In this document: positions 33,838 through 44,133 of the stretch, one piece after another
How positions within the stretch are numbered: the first letter of the stretch is position 1
Layout of the letters: every line of letters starts with the position of its first letter
Source: an uncultured delta proteobacterium
GTDB taxonomy: Bacteria > Desulfobacterota > Binatia > UBA9968
Reading direction: 5' to 3'
Assembly: GCA_963816145.1 (NCBI GenBank)
Contig: CAWFJP010000011.1
Location: 465,630-529,629 of the forward strand
DNA length: 64,000 nt
The notes under the pieces: model-generated
Seen by the model: only the letters and a program-made list of their open reading frames with translations
The model's database searches: none
What the model was told of the DNA's origin: nothing
Position numbers and translations under genes: made by a program

Positions 33838-34899
33838 GTGCCGTGCCTAATCATTTCGTTGTTAGTGGTTTCGCTGTTCTTTCCAGCCGCGCTGCGCGCT
33901 GAAGCCAAGCTCGACAAATCTTCGCTGGTCAACTGGCGCGAAGCCCAGCCGTCAACCAAGGAAACCGAACTCGACCGACTCAATCGCGCCTTTGTTCAGC
34001 TGGCGACCGATTCCCGCCCGGCCATCGTCCAGATTCGCGTCAACGGTCTGGCGAATAGCCAAACCCAAAGTAGTCGCGGCTCGGGCTTTTTCATCGATCC
34101 GGAAGGCTACATCTTGACCGCCCAACATGTCATCGACAAAGCCAGAGAGATCGAAGTCCGCACCGCGGAAGGCCAACGTCTGGCGGCGCGATTGGTAGTC
34201 GCCGACAGTCAGCTCGATCTAGCGCTTTTGAAGGTCCAAAGCGAACCGGCCGCGACCGTGCTCTCGCTCGGCGATTCCGACCGCATTCAAGTCGGCGACT
34301 TGGCCGTGGTGTTCAGCTACCCGTTTGGCCGTGAGAGTTCGATGAGCCTGGGCATCATCAGCCGCGCCGGTAAAACTTATCCCGACTCGGCAGCCTACGA
34401 TTTCATTCAGACCGATGCCGGCGCCTATCCCGGCGTCAGCGGCGGTCCGCTGTTAAATAGCCAGGGGCATGTCGTCGGCATGATCACCATGGCTTCCGAA
34501 CGCGGCAATCTCGGTTTCGCCACGCCGATTAATTTAATCAAAAAAATCCTGCCGCGCTTGGTCAAAGGCGAAAAGTTCGCCTGGGGCTGGCTCGGCGTCC
34601 AGATGTCAGACATTTCTCTCACCCAAGCCAAGTTGCTGGGAATCTATCCCGCCAAAGGCGTGGTCGTGAGTTCGGTCTTACCAGGGCAGCCCGCGGCGCG
34701 CGTCGGCGTGCAGAAGCAAGACGTCATCCTAGCGGTCAACGACAGTCCGGTCGACAGCCCGCGCGATGTGGCGCGCATGGTCGGCGGTCTGGAAGCGGGA
34801 CGTATGGTTCAGCTATCAATAATGCGCAAAGGCAAATCGATACTCTTGACCGTACCGCTCGGCGTCAAGCCCGAATCAACCAAGCCCCGCGAAGGGTAG
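33838..34899 (+). CDS. HtrA-family serine protease with one PDZ domain
   Basis: GSGF, TAQHV (His), DLALL (Asp), GVSGGPL (Ser), WLGV PDZ start; signal peptide. Confidence 0.9.
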   Translation: MPCLIISLLVVSLFFPAALRAEAKLDKSSLVNWREAQPSTKETELDRLNRAFVQLATDSRPAIVQIRVNGLANSQTQSSRGSGFFIDPEGYILTAQHVIDKAREIEVRTAEGQRLAARLVVADSQLDLALLKVQSEPAATVLSLGDSDRIQVGDLAVVFSYPFGRESSMSLGIISRAGKTYPDSAAYDFIQTDAGAYPGVSGGPLLNSQGHVVGMITMASERGNLGFATPINLIKKILPRLVKGEKFAWGWLGVQMSDISLTQAKLLGIYPAKGVVVSSVLPGQPAARVGVQKQDVILAVNDSPVDSPRDVARMVGGLEAGRMVQLSIMRKGKSILLTVPLGVKPESTKPREG

Positions 34900-34906
34900 C
34901 CCGATT

Positions 34907-37354
34907 TCACTCGTTATTCGACTCTGCGGTTTTTTGATCTGCCGCCGTCACTTTCTTCTGTAGCTCGGTAAAGTGCTGAAGTTTCTTTTGCACGAGGTGG
35001 TTGATCGAACCGTCCGGATACTTGCCGTCGGCTTGAAGCGCGCCGGCCGCGACACCGGTAAGCACTTCGATGCCTTCGTCGATGGAACCCACCGAGTAAA
35101 TATGAAATTTACCGGCCTTGACCGCTTCGACGACATCGGGACGGAGCATTAGATTGCGAACGTTGGTGTGCGGAATCATCACTCCCTGTTCGCCGGTCAG
35201 TCCTTTCAAGCGGCAGATATCGAAGTGACCTTCGATTTTAAAATTAACGCCGCCGATCGCCTGCACCTCGCCGTTTTGATTGACCGAACCGGTCACAGCA
35301 ATCCCTTGCTGGATTGGCACTTCGGATAGGCTCGAAAGAATCGCATAGAGTTCGGTCGACGACGCACTGTCGCCGTCAACGCCATCGTACGACTGCTCGA
35401 AGCAGATCGTGCTGGACAGCGATAGTGGACTTTGCTGCGCGAACTTCCCGCCCAGGTAACCGCCGAGAATCAGCACGCCCTTGTCATGGCTCTTGCCGCT
35501 CAATTTCGATTCACGCTCGATGTTGACCAGACCGCCGCGCCCCATGAAAGTTTTGGTTGTAATGCGCGACGGTTTGCCGAAACTAAAATCGCCCATTTGA
35601 TAGACCGCCAGGCCGTTCACTTGACCAACCGCCGCGCCAGTCACATCCACCAGCAGGGTGCCTTCGGCGATCAGCTCTTGCAGCCGTTTTTCGATCAAAT
35701 TGAGGCGAAAGGTTTTTTCCACCAGCGCGCGTTCGACATGCATGCCAGAGATCAATTCGGCGTTTTCCTTGCCGGCCCAGTAGTCCGACTCGATCAAGAG
35801 GTCGACCATGTCGCTGAACCGCGTCGATAGTTTATGCTGGTCTTCAACCTGGCGCGCGCACTGCTCGATCACTCGGGCAACGCCGTCGGTGTTGAAGTGG
35901 CGGATCCGCTCCCGTTTACAATAGTCGCTGATGAAACAGGCGAACGCCGTAAGATTTTCTTGAGTGCGGTCCACTTCAAAATTAAAGTCGGCTTTGACCT
36001 TGAAGGTCTCACGAAAATCGGGATCGGCGGTTGCGAGTGCGCGATAGAGACTCGGGTCGCCGATCATGATCACTTTGGTATCGGTCGGAATCGGTTCCGG
36101 CCGCAGTCCTTGAGGTGGTACAAAGCCAAAGAAGGTGCCAGGCTCTTCAATGCGCAATTCGCGATTCTTTATGACACGTTGCAGCGCTTCCCAGCAGCCG
36201 GCATTGGCGAGAACTTCGCGGTCGTAAAGCACCAGGTAACCGCCGTTAGCTTTGCTGATGGAGCCGGCTTTGATCAGCGTAAAGTCGGTAGTGTACCCGC
36301 CCATAATCGGTTTTTTTTCGATCACTCCGAACAGGTTATGATAAGTCGGGTTGGTCTCAACGATAATCGGCGGCCCCTGGGTATCGCTGTTGTCGACAAA
36401 AACGTTGACCCGGTAGGGAAGAAACGGATCCCCCGGCGGTTCGCCGAAAGATATTCCGAGCATGGGACCAGCCGGTGCCGCCGCCTCGCCTTTGAAGCGC
36501 TGCAAATTTTTTAATATATGTTCGTGCACGCCGTCGAGGTAGGCAAGCACTCTGGGATAGTCCTGATACTTTGCCTTGAGTTCGGTCAGTGGATTGCGCA
36601 CGAGATAATCCGCGGCTTCGGTCTCAACGGTCTCGAGCCTTAGCGCGATCTCGCGCTCGAGCTTCTTGCCGTCGCGCAGGGTATCTTCGACCTGTTTCTC
36701 GATCTCGCTGCGGCGCTCTTCCAACTGCTTTTTCTCCGCGGAAGCCAGCGCCAGATAATCCGTCTCCTGCATCGGCTTGCCGTCTTTGGTCGGCAGCAAC
36801 ATGATACCCGACGGCGTCATGCGCAAGGCAAAGCCGGCGCGGTTTGCCTGTTCCATCAGGCCTTCCATCATTTCCTGCTGTTTCTTTTGCAGCTGTTCGA
36901 TCAGCGCTTGGCGCTGATGCGCGAAATCATCGCTCTCGAACAATTTTTTCGCCTCGCGCTGGAGATTTTGCACCAACTGCTCCATGTCACTCTTGAGCGC
37001 TTTCCCAAAGCCGCGGCGAATCTTCAGCGCTTGGGGCCGATCTGGATCGCTAAAATTATAGACATAGCACCAGTCCTCGGGCATCGGCATATCGGCCAGT
37101 GCCGCCGTCGCGCTGGTAACCTTTTTGAGAAACGCTTTGATGATACTGGTTTTGCCCGTGCCGGTCAGGCCGGTGACAAAAATATTGAACCCCGGCTTGT
37201 TGACGCCAAGACCGAACTCGATCGCCCGAATCGCCCGATCCTGGCCGATAAAATCCTCCAGTGGCGTCATATCGGCCGTGCAGGTAAAAGGCAAAAACGA
37301 TAAATCGCAGTGCCACGCTAATTTGTCGGCAGGAACTTCGAAGCGGGTAATCAT
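34907..37354 (-). CDS. LonC-type (S16) Lon-like protease
   Basis: IGQ.RA..A..FG, G..GTGK, YVYNF..P..P, GQVNGL.V, FEQSY.GVDGDSAS (Ser), IGGVN.KIEG (Lys). Confidence 0.92.
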   Translation of the reverse strand: MITRFEVPADKLAWHCDLSFLPFTCTADMTPLEDFIGQDRAIRAIEFGLGVNKPGFNIFVTGLTGTGKTSIIKAFLKKVTSATAALADMPMPEDWCYVYNFSDPDRPQALKIRRGFGKALKSDMEQLVQNLQREAKKLFESDDFAHQRQALIEQLQKKQQEMMEGLMEQANRAGFALRMTPSGIMLLPTKDGKPMQETDYLALASAEKKQLEERRSEIEKQVEDTLRDGKKLEREIALRLETVETEAADYLVRNPLTELKAKYQDYPRVLAYLDGVHEHILKNLQRFKGEAAAPAGPMLGISFGEPPGDPFLPYRVNVFVDNSDTQGPPIIVETNPTYHNLFGVIEKKPIMGGYTTDFTLIKAGSISKANGGYLVLYDREVLANAGCWEALQRVIKNRELRIEEPGTFFGFVPPQGLRPEPIPTDTKVIMIGDPSLYRALATADPDFRETFKVKADFNFEVDRTQENLTAFACFISDYCKRERIRHFNTDGVARVIEQCARQVEDQHKLSTRFSDMVDLLIESDYWAGKENAELISGMHVERALVEKTFRLNLIEKRLQELIAEGTLLVDVTGAAVGQVNGLAVYQMGDFSFGKPSRITTKTFMGRGGLVNIERESKLSGKSHDKGVLILGGYLGGKFAQQSPLSLSSTICFEQSYDGVDGDSASSTELYAILSSLSEVPIQQGIAVTGSVNQNGEVQAIGGVNFKIEGHFDICRLKGLTGEQGVMIPHTNVRNLMLRPDVVEAVKAGKFHIYSVGSIDEGIEVLTGVAAGALQADGKYPDGSINHLVQKKLQHFTELQKKVTAADQKTAESNNE

Positions 37355-37440
37355 GACGGCTCCTCTGGCTTGAATAGAACTCGCCGAGAATAGGGGCTTG
37401 CTCAAGGGTCGTCAAGCGTCGCAAGCTGGCGGAACGAGTA

Positions 37441-37469
37441 TTGAACCGGCGCAACCTGCTCTCTATACT
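37441..37469 (+). promoter_or_regulatory. sigma70 promoter of bepA-like gene (probably leaderless)
   Basis: TTGAAC-N17-TATACT then 6 nt to ATG 37476. Confidence 0.65.
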
Positions 37470-37475
37470 CTGTGA

Positions 37476-38924
37476 ATGATAAAGTCGCGCTGGGTCCGTC
37501 GGTTGCCCGCATGCTGCGTATCGATATTTTTGATCGTTTCACTTTGCGCGGCCTGTCGCTCCGTAGCGCCGATGCTCCCGTCCGTCACCCCGCCGACCGA
37601 AGACGAAGAAGTTAGAATTAGCCGCGAGTTCCGCCGCGAGGCCAAAAAGCAGTTCAAGTTTATCAATCAGCCGGAAGTCGAACGTTACGTCGATCGTATC
37701 GGCCGGCGGATACTCGCCGCCACCGGTCCGCTATCTTATGAGTATCGGTTCTTTGTCGTCGAAGAAGACCAATTAAACGCCTTTGCCGTCCCCGGCGGAT
37801 CGATTTACCTGTTCACCGGTTTGATCGAAAGAGCGAAGTCTACAGATGAACTGGCCGGCGTGCTCGGCCACGAAATCGTCCACATCAAAGGGCACCATAT
37901 GGCACGCTCCTCGGGACCGGATGCGATATCGGTGTTGAGCTTGCTGGCTTCCGTGATGTTGGCGCGTAGCAGCGGTTCCGGTGGCCAGGCCGCAGGCATT
38001 GTCGGCCAAGCCGTTGCCGCCACCCGCCAAGCCGCCTACAGCCGTCAATTGGAAATGGAATCGGATACTTTGGGCACCCGTTACATGGCCGCCGCAGGCT
38101 TTGACCCACGCGGGACATTGGCATTTTTGAAAACCATGGACCAAGAACGGCAGCTCAATCCGATTGACGTTCCGGCCTATATCCTGAGCCATCCACTCAC
38201 TCCTGAGCGGTTGGCCAACGCCGAGTTGGTTGTCAAATCTTTAGCCCCAAAAGACCGGGAGCTATTTTCTGCTTCCTCCACTAAACCGCAACAGGAAGAT
38301 AACGAAGACCTAAAGAAGGTCCAAATCCTCATCCGCATGGAACGGCCCAATCGTAAAACTGTGGTCACTGACTACGAGAAGTTGGTACAAAATGATCCCA
38401 ACAATCCAGCGCTCCTTCACCTGCTTGGCTTTGCACAGTTCCAGCTCGGCTTACTCGCTCCCGCCCAGAAGAATTACGAGAAATCATGGCGGCTACGCCC
38501 CGACCATGTCGGTCTGCTGCGCGAGATCGGCCGCCTATCGGGCCAAACCGGCGATTATGAGTCGGCTCACAAAGCCTTCAACCGGGCCATCGCGCTCGAG
38601 CCAAATGAGCCTCTGAATTACTTTTATTTGGGTGAATTCCTCGAAAAGATCGGCGATTTACGGAACGCCGCCGGAGCCTATTTGAACGCCCAAAACCTGG
38701 CGCCGCTATGGGACAAGCCGGTATATCGCTTGGGTCAGGTCTACGGCAAGCTCGACCGGCTCGCGGATGGCTATTACTACCTGGGCAGGACGAACCTGCT
38801 ACAAGATGAAGATGAGCGAGCCATCGCGGACTTCGAACGAGCTCTGAAAATCGTCGGCGAAGACTCGCCGCGCGGGCAGGTAATCAAAGAAGAGTTGAAA
38901 ACCTTACGCGATCGTAAACGCTAA
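37476..38924 (+). CDS. M48 metalloprotease with TPR repeats (BepA/YfgC-like)
   Basis: NAFA.PGG, ELAGVLGHEIVH, YSR..E.E.D, L.SHP, C-terminal TPRs. Confidence 0.92.
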   Translation: MIKSRWVRRLPACCVSIFLIVSLCAACRSVAPMLPSVTPPTEDEEVRISREFRREAKKQFKFINQPEVERYVDRIGRRILAATGPLSYEYRFFVVEEDQLNAFAVPGGSIYLFTGLIERAKSTDELAGVLGHEIVHIKGHHMARSSGPDAISVLSLLASVMLARSSGSGGQAAGIVGQAVAATRQAAYSRQLEMESDTLGTRYMAAAGFDPRGTLAFLKTMDQERQLNPIDVPAYILSHPLTPERLANAELVVKSLAPKDRELFSASSTKPQQEDNEDLKKVQILIRMERPNRKTVVTDYEKLVQNDPNNPALLHLLGFAQFQLGLLAPAQKNYEKSWRLRPDHVGLLREIGRLSGQTGDYESAHKAFNRAIALEPNEPLNYFYLGEFLEKIGDLRNAAGAYLNAQNLAPLWDKPVYRLGQVYGKLDRLADGYYYLGRTNLLQDEDERAIADFERALKIVGEDSPRGQVIKEELKTLRDRKR

Positions 38925-38926
38925 GC

Positions 38927-39307
38927 TTAAAGGGTCGCGCACCCGCTCATCGACGCCAAAGACAGATTTCTCGTCGGTATCGGCTTGATATAACGGTTTT
39001 CCCGCTTGAGCAGCTGCTCGCGTAAATAATTGGGATCGAAACCCAACAAATCGCAAATACTGCTAAATGAATACAACCACTCGGTATCGGTATCTTCGAC
39101 CCATTCAATGGCGCTTTGATAGCTCATCTTGCCGGCACTGCTGCGAGAGCCGCGGTGCTTCTCCAAGCACTCCACCGCGTCTTTTAAGATAGCGATCATC
39201 AGCCGCTTTTCGCCCTCCAGCTTGCGCGATAATGCGCCATTGCCGTAGAACTGCGATGGCAGAAAAATGTCTGGTTCTAAAATCCTTGCTAGAAAATCAT
39301 CGTACAT
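38927..39307 (-). CDS. Conserved hypothetical protein (paralog of 47048-47497)
   Basis: EKRLMIAILKDAV.C...A.EW.....W..SF..IC.LLG.DP.YLR shared with paralog; AAGGAG RBS; TTGCTC-N17-TATAGA upstream. Confidence 0.8.
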   Translation of the reverse strand: MYDDFLARILEPDIFLPSQFYGNGALSRKLEGEKRLMIAILKDAVECLEKHRGSRSSAGKMSYQSAIEWVEDTDTEWLYSFSSICDLLGFDPNYLREQLLKRENRYIKPIPTRNLSLASMSGCATL

Positions 39308-39523
39308 TACTGAACGCACTCCTTATTACTTTGAATCGGATTCTATAACACAGGCGGTAGTGGCGAGCAAGAAAAAAACCCCAATGGGCTGGGGAGCCGG
39401 TCAAATAGAACCAGCGTACCAGAATATCGAAAGTGGCGGCAAAACGCCGGTCTCGGCGGCTCGATTCGATGGTGGGCCGACGCCGGCGGGATGGTGGGTA
39501 ACGACCGAACCGGTGAGTTGCCC

Positions 39524-40234
39524 TTAAATACCGTCCATAAGCCCTGCCAGTTTGGTTTTGGCGACGTTGTGGTCCCAAACCTTTTGCACCACCGAGTCTT
39601 TGCGTCGCCCCTTCATGACTCTTTGGGTTTCGTCTTCGTTATAGACCAGCACCGGTCCTAGCAGCGCAGCCTTATAGAAACGCGCCGCCGCCTCTTCGAG
39701 ATCGACGCAAGCGGCAAAGACCCATTCGATGGACTGAGCGACCACCATCGAACCATGGCCGCGCAGCATTACGGCATCGGCATTGCCAAGCGACTTGGCC
39801 ACGGCATCGCCTTGTTCAATGGTGTGGATCAGCGCCGGGTCCATGTACTTCGGCAGGGCACCGGGACCGAAGAATGCGCCAGGATTGGAGGACGCCGGAT
39901 AAAATGGCTTGTCGACCATACTGAGGGTCGCCACCATGTGATTGTGCAGGTGCGCCACACTCTGGATGTCGCCCCGCGCTTTATACGCGCGCGCATGCAT
40001 ATACACTTCCGACGGCGCTTTGTACTTGCCTTCGATCACCTTGCCTTCGAAGTCGGTGACTACCATGTCGTCCGGTTTGACGATTGCCCGGCTCACCGGG
40101 TGCGGCAAGATCAACAAATGATCGGAGCCGGGAATGCGCACGCTGATGTGGCCACTGTAATCGACCAGTCCGGAATTAAACAGCATGCGCGACGACATCG
40201 CCAGCTTCTTTTTGAATTCAGTTAATTCGGCCAT
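39524..40234 (-). CDS. Class II aldolase/adducin family protein
   Basis: SGHISVRIPG, PSE..MH...Y.AR.D...V.H.H, LRGHG. Confidence 0.92.
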   Translation of the reverse strand: MAELTEFKKKLAMSSRMLFNSGLVDYSGHISVRIPGSDHLLILPHPVSRAIVKPDDMVVTDFEGKVIEGKYKAPSEVYMHARAYKARGDIQSVAHLHNHMVATLSMVDKPFYPASSNPGAFFGPGALPKYMDPALIHTIEQGDAVAKSLGNADAVMLRGHGSMVVAQSIEWVFAACVDLEEAAARFYKAALLGPVLVYNEDETQRVMKGRRKDSVVQKVWDHNVAKTKLAGLMDGI

Positions 40235-40367
40235 GAAAATACCCCTTTCAATCTCCTTAACGAAAAATTCCGGCTATCATATACACTGAAATAGCCAAGT
40301 CGCAACTTGACTCCGGCCGGTTTCACCGTGAAATAGGCGAAACAGGTTTAATCGAAAGGACTGCACC

Positions 40368-42155
40368 ATGGCTAATAATAGCGCGGCGGGCATCCGCTGG
40401 GACTTAAGCGACCTTTTTGCCGCCCATGACGACGGAAAAATAGAATCGACCCTGAATAATTGCCGCACCAGCGCGGAAAAGTTCGCCGGGCGCTATCGGG
40501 CAACGTTGGAGAACCCCGCAACCCTAAGCGCCGCCACCCTGCACGCGGCCTTGGAAGAATTGGCAAAGATCTTCGAGGCCCTCAGCCGGGTCGGCAGCTA
40601 CGCCGGCCTGCTTTACGCCGCCGACACCGCCAAGCCCGAGTACCAAGACTTGGACCAGCGGGTCGAACAGCGCAGCACCGAGATCAGAAACCTGCTCCTG
40701 TTCTTCGAACTGGCCTGGCTCAAGGTCGACGACGACATCGCCGACAAATTGATCAAGGGCGAGCAGCTTAAAGCTTACACGCATTATCTCACCAGCCTGC
40801 GCCGCTATCGCCGGCACACGCTCTCCGAGCTGGAAGAAAAACTGCTGAACGAAAGAGACAACACCGGCCGCAACGCCTTCGGCCGGCTCTTTTCAGAAAT
40901 CACCTCGTCACTGGTTTTCAAACTGGAAAGGGACAGCAAGACCGAAGAGTTGAACTTGAGCCAGATCCTCTCGCTCTTTCATGAACCCGATCGTAACCTG
41001 CGCCAACAAGCCATGGAGACGGTCTATCAAGAACTATCGCAACATGGCCAGGTGCTGACCTTCATCTACGATACTTTGATTCAAGATAATCTCACGGTCG
41101 ACCGCTTACGCAGCTATCCGCACCCGATGGCGCAACGCCATCTATCCAACGAAATCGACGGCACCGCCGTGAAAACCATGATGGAGGTAGCCGAGAAGAA
41201 TTATCCTCTCGCCCACGACTACTTTCGCTTGAAAGCTAAACTGCTCGAATTGCCCCAGCTTGCGCTTTACGACCAATACGCGCCCGTCGGTAAAGAAGTC
41301 CGGCCTTTTCCCTACGCCAAAGCACAGGAGGTGATCCTTGACGCCTTCGCAGCTTTCGACCCGAAATTTCGCGCTCTCGCCGGAGAATTCTTCGCCAAGA
41401 ATTGGATCGACGCGGAAATCCGCAAAGGCAAACGCGGCGGCGCATTCTGCGCTTCGCCATCGCCAAAGCTCCATCCCTACGTTCTGTGCAATTACGACGA
41501 CAACCTGCGCGACGTCATGACCGTCGCCCACGAACTCGGTCACGGCTTGCACGGCTGTCTGAGCCGCAAGCAGAATTATTTCAATTACGACACGCCGCTC
41601 ACCACCGCTGAGACCGCGTCGGTGTTCGGCGAGATGCTGGTCTTCGACCACTTACTCGACCAGCAATCCGATCGCGAAGTGCAAATCGCGCTGTTGGCCG
41701 GCAAGATCGAAGACATCTTCGCCACCGTGTTCCGGCAAAATGTCTTGACGCGTTTCGAGGAGCTGGCGTTCTCGGCCAGACAAGAAAAACGGCTAACGCC
41801 CGACGCTCTCGGAAAACTCTGGCTCGAAGCCAACGGCAAGTACTACGGCGACGCGGTCACCATGCCCGAAAGTTACCGCTGGGGCTGGAGCTACATTCCC
41901 CACTTCATCCACTCGCGCTTCTACTGCTACAGCTACGTCTTCGGCCAGCTCTTAGTGCTGGCCCTGTACCGAATGTACAAGGACGAGGGCAAAAGCTTCG
42001 TGCCCAAATACATCGCGCTCCTCGAAGCCGGCGGCTCGGACACACCCGACGCGTTGCTGAAACCGCTCGGAGTCGACATTCACCAGCCGGAGTTTTGGCA
42101 GAAGGGGTTTGAGGAGATTCAAGGTCTAACGACGAAGCTGCGAGCGATCATTTAA
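40368..42155 (+). CDS. pepF: Oligoendopeptidase F (M3B)
   Basis: WDLSDL, GKRGGAFC, TVAHELGHGLH, AETAS.FGE, W.YIPHF, FY.Y.Y.FG. Confidence 0.93.
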   Translation: MANNSAAGIRWDLSDLFAAHDDGKIESTLNNCRTSAEKFAGRYRATLENPATLSAATLHAALEELAKIFEALSRVGSYAGLLYAADTAKPEYQDLDQRVEQRSTEIRNLLLFFELAWLKVDDDIADKLIKGEQLKAYTHYLTSLRRYRRHTLSELEEKLLNERDNTGRNAFGRLFSEITSSLVFKLERDSKTEELNLSQILSLFHEPDRNLRQQAMETVYQELSQHGQVLTFIYDTLIQDNLTVDRLRSYPHPMAQRHLSNEIDGTAVKTMMEVAEKNYPLAHDYFRLKAKLLELPQLALYDQYAPVGKEVRPFPYAKAQEVILDAFAAFDPKFRALAGEFFAKNWIDAEIRKGKRGGAFCASPSPKLHPYVLCNYDDNLRDVMTVAHELGHGLHGCLSRKQNYFNYDTPLTTAETASVFGEMLVFDHLLDQQSDREVQIALLAGKIEDIFATVFRQNVLTRFEELAFSARQEKRLTPDALGKLWLEANGKYYGDAVTMPESYRWGWSYIPHFIHSRFYCYSYVFGQLLVLALYRMYKDEGKSFVPKYIALLEAGGSDTPDALLKPLGVDIHQPEFWQKGFEEIQGLTTKLRAII

Positions 42156-42240
42156 AGCATGAAGATGACTGCAGTCGTTAATGACGCCTAAGATTTATGC
42201 GCAAGTACTAGACTCACTGCCAGCTCAACCACGCCGAAGG

Positions 42241-43683
42241 CTACCTCATCCGAAAACTCAGCGGCACGACTTCGTCGATCGGTTTGCCAGTCCAGTGCCA
42301 TTTGGCGACGCTGTCCCAGACTTGTTCGCCTTTGGCTTGGACTTTCTCTAACAACTCCTGTTCGTCAAGGCGCAAGAATCTATGGTTATCGACCAGAATT
42401 TCCCCGTCGACGATGACCGTGCGCACATCCCGGCTAACGGCGGTTTCCATTAGCGACCTAATCGGATCGTGCACCGCGCCGAAGGCGATGTCGCGCAGAT
42501 TGACGATGGCGATGTCGGCTTTGGCGCCTTCCGCTAGCCTACCGATATCGTCGCGGCCGAGCATCTTGGCGCCGCCGAGGGTAATCGAATTGAAAACATC
42601 GCGCGGATGGCCGGCGAGAAAACTCTTGTCGGCGATGCGCGACGCGATGCCGGCGTAGCGCATGTCGGAGAGAATATCTTTCGGGAATGTGTCGGTGCCG
42701 ATGCCCATGTTGATGCCGGCCTGGCGGTAGCGGTCGAAGGATTCCATGAGAATACCCAACTTCAAATATTTGAGCGGACTGTAGGCCACCGACGCGCCGG
42801 AATCGGCGATGATTTTAAGATCGTCGCCATAGGGATAAGCGAGCCAACTATGGCCGCTGACAAAAATACAATGCGATAACGAGACGTCCGGCGATAGAAA
42901 TCCTATTTTCTTCAACAGCTCGATAGGCGTGCAGCGTTCGCGCGCCATGACCGTGTGGAACTCGAACAGGTTGATCGTCGCGTGGATTTGAATGCCGACA
43001 CCGGCATCTTTGGCGGCCTTCTTTGTGTCCTGCAACAACTCCGGCGTGCAGGAGTCGACATGGCCGGGGAACAACATCGCGGTCATGCGGCCGCTGCAAA
43101 CGCCATTGTATTTCTTGGCGAACTCGACGGCGCTTTTTAACCCCTTGCTGCCGCGCTCGTCGTCCCAGTCATATTCCAGCCGGCCTTCTTTATCGTGGAA
43201 GAAGGAAACATTCTTGTAGCTCGGCCCGGCGACGCAACGAATGCCGACCTGATCGATCATGTCGACGTAACGCGACGGATCGCCGCCGGCGCCACCGATG
43301 TCGAACGTCGTTGTCACACCGCTCTTGAGCACATGGATGATCGAAAAACGTTGGCCGATGTCGACGTCTTTTAGGTGTGCCGAGTGCGCGCCTTGGCGGG
43401 TTGGCCCGCCATGAGCGAGGTAGTTCGACGCAAAGAAGTCGGTCTTGGTCGAGTCGGCGAGAATGTAGTCGCTGGCGTTGATGCCGGAGTGAAAGTGAGT
43501 GTCGATGAAACCGGGCGAGACCAAGCAGCCTTTGGCATCGATCTTCTTGTCGACCGGCTGCGCATATTCCTTACCAACAAATTCGACATGGTCGCCGCCG
43601 TACACCACGACGCCATCTTTGATGATTTCGTGTTCTTTGCCGTCGAAGCCGACCACCCAGCCACCTTGGATAAGAGTTTTCAT
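42241..43683 (-). CDS. Amidohydrolase (chlorohydrolase/deaminase family)
   Basis: PGFIDTHFH, SGVTT, QIHA, HCIF, GTDTFP.D, T.GGA..LGR.DIG. Confidence 0.9.
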   Translation of the reverse strand: MKTLIQGGWVVGFDGKEHEIIKDGVVVYGGDHVEFVGKEYAQPVDKKIDAKGCLVSPGFIDTHFHSGINASDYILADSTKTDFFASNYLAHGGPTRQGAHSAHLKDVDIGQRFSIIHVLKSGVTTTFDIGGAGGDPSRYVDMIDQVGIRCVAGPSYKNVSFFHDKEGRLEYDWDDERGSKGLKSAVEFAKKYNGVCSGRMTAMLFPGHVDSCTPELLQDTKKAAKDAGVGIQIHATINLFEFHTVMARERCTPIELLKKIGFLSPDVSLSHCIFVSGHSWLAYPYGDDLKIIADSGASVAYSPLKYLKLGILMESFDRYRQAGINMGIGTDTFPKDILSDMRYAGIASRIADKSFLAGHPRDVFNSITLGGAKMLGRDDIGRLAEGAKADIAIVNLRDIAFGAVHDPIRSLMETAVSRDVRTVIVDGEILVDNHRFLRLDEQELLEKVQAKGEQVWDSVAKWHWTGKPIDEVVPLSFRMR

Positions 43684-43774
43684 TACCCACACCTTTCAGA
43701 TATTGGAATTTGAATCAGTCGCAGCACTAACAAAACAAGTTTATTAAGACAAGCTGCGAACTGAACACCTACTC

Positions 43775-43850
43775 GTCATTTCGACCAGAGGGAAAAATCT
43801 TCCCGGAGCCGACTTGAACGAACCGTTAGAGAATTTTGCGGTCGAAAGAC
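43775..43850. repeat. REP-like inverted repeat
   Basis: GTCATTTCGACCAGAGGGAAAAATCT ... GGTCGAAAGAC terminal complementarity. Confidence 0.55.
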
Positions 43851-43899
43851 CGGTTGCCGGGCAGATCCTAATGCCGCCGGAACCCTTTGGCGAGACCTT

Positions 43900-44090
43900 G
43901 ACGTAAGGCAATTTCACCAGCGGCGCTGCCACTAGCTTGCCGCCGATGCCGGCCGCCCATGTTGGAATAGTCGCGTCCACAGCTCAGTAAAAAAACGGAT
44001 TCGCCTGGGCAAGACCAATTCAGAAATGCAACGCGACACCAACGACAAGCAGGCACTTCGCCAGGAACTCGGAAATGGCTGAACGGGAGA
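43900..44090 (-). pseudogene. Internally deleted, nonsense-disrupted paralog of the adjacent substrate-binding protein
   Basis: Single frame reads FLAKCLLVVGVALHF*IGLAQANPFFY*AVDATIPTWAAGIGGKLVAAPLVKLPYV, versus intact AEINPY...FLYCAADATLPSLAAGIDVKLVAAPLVKLPYV. Confidence 0.85.
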
Positions 44091-44133
44091 CTCAGTTGTG
44101 CACCTTGCCTCTCACGCCTAACTCCTTACCCTC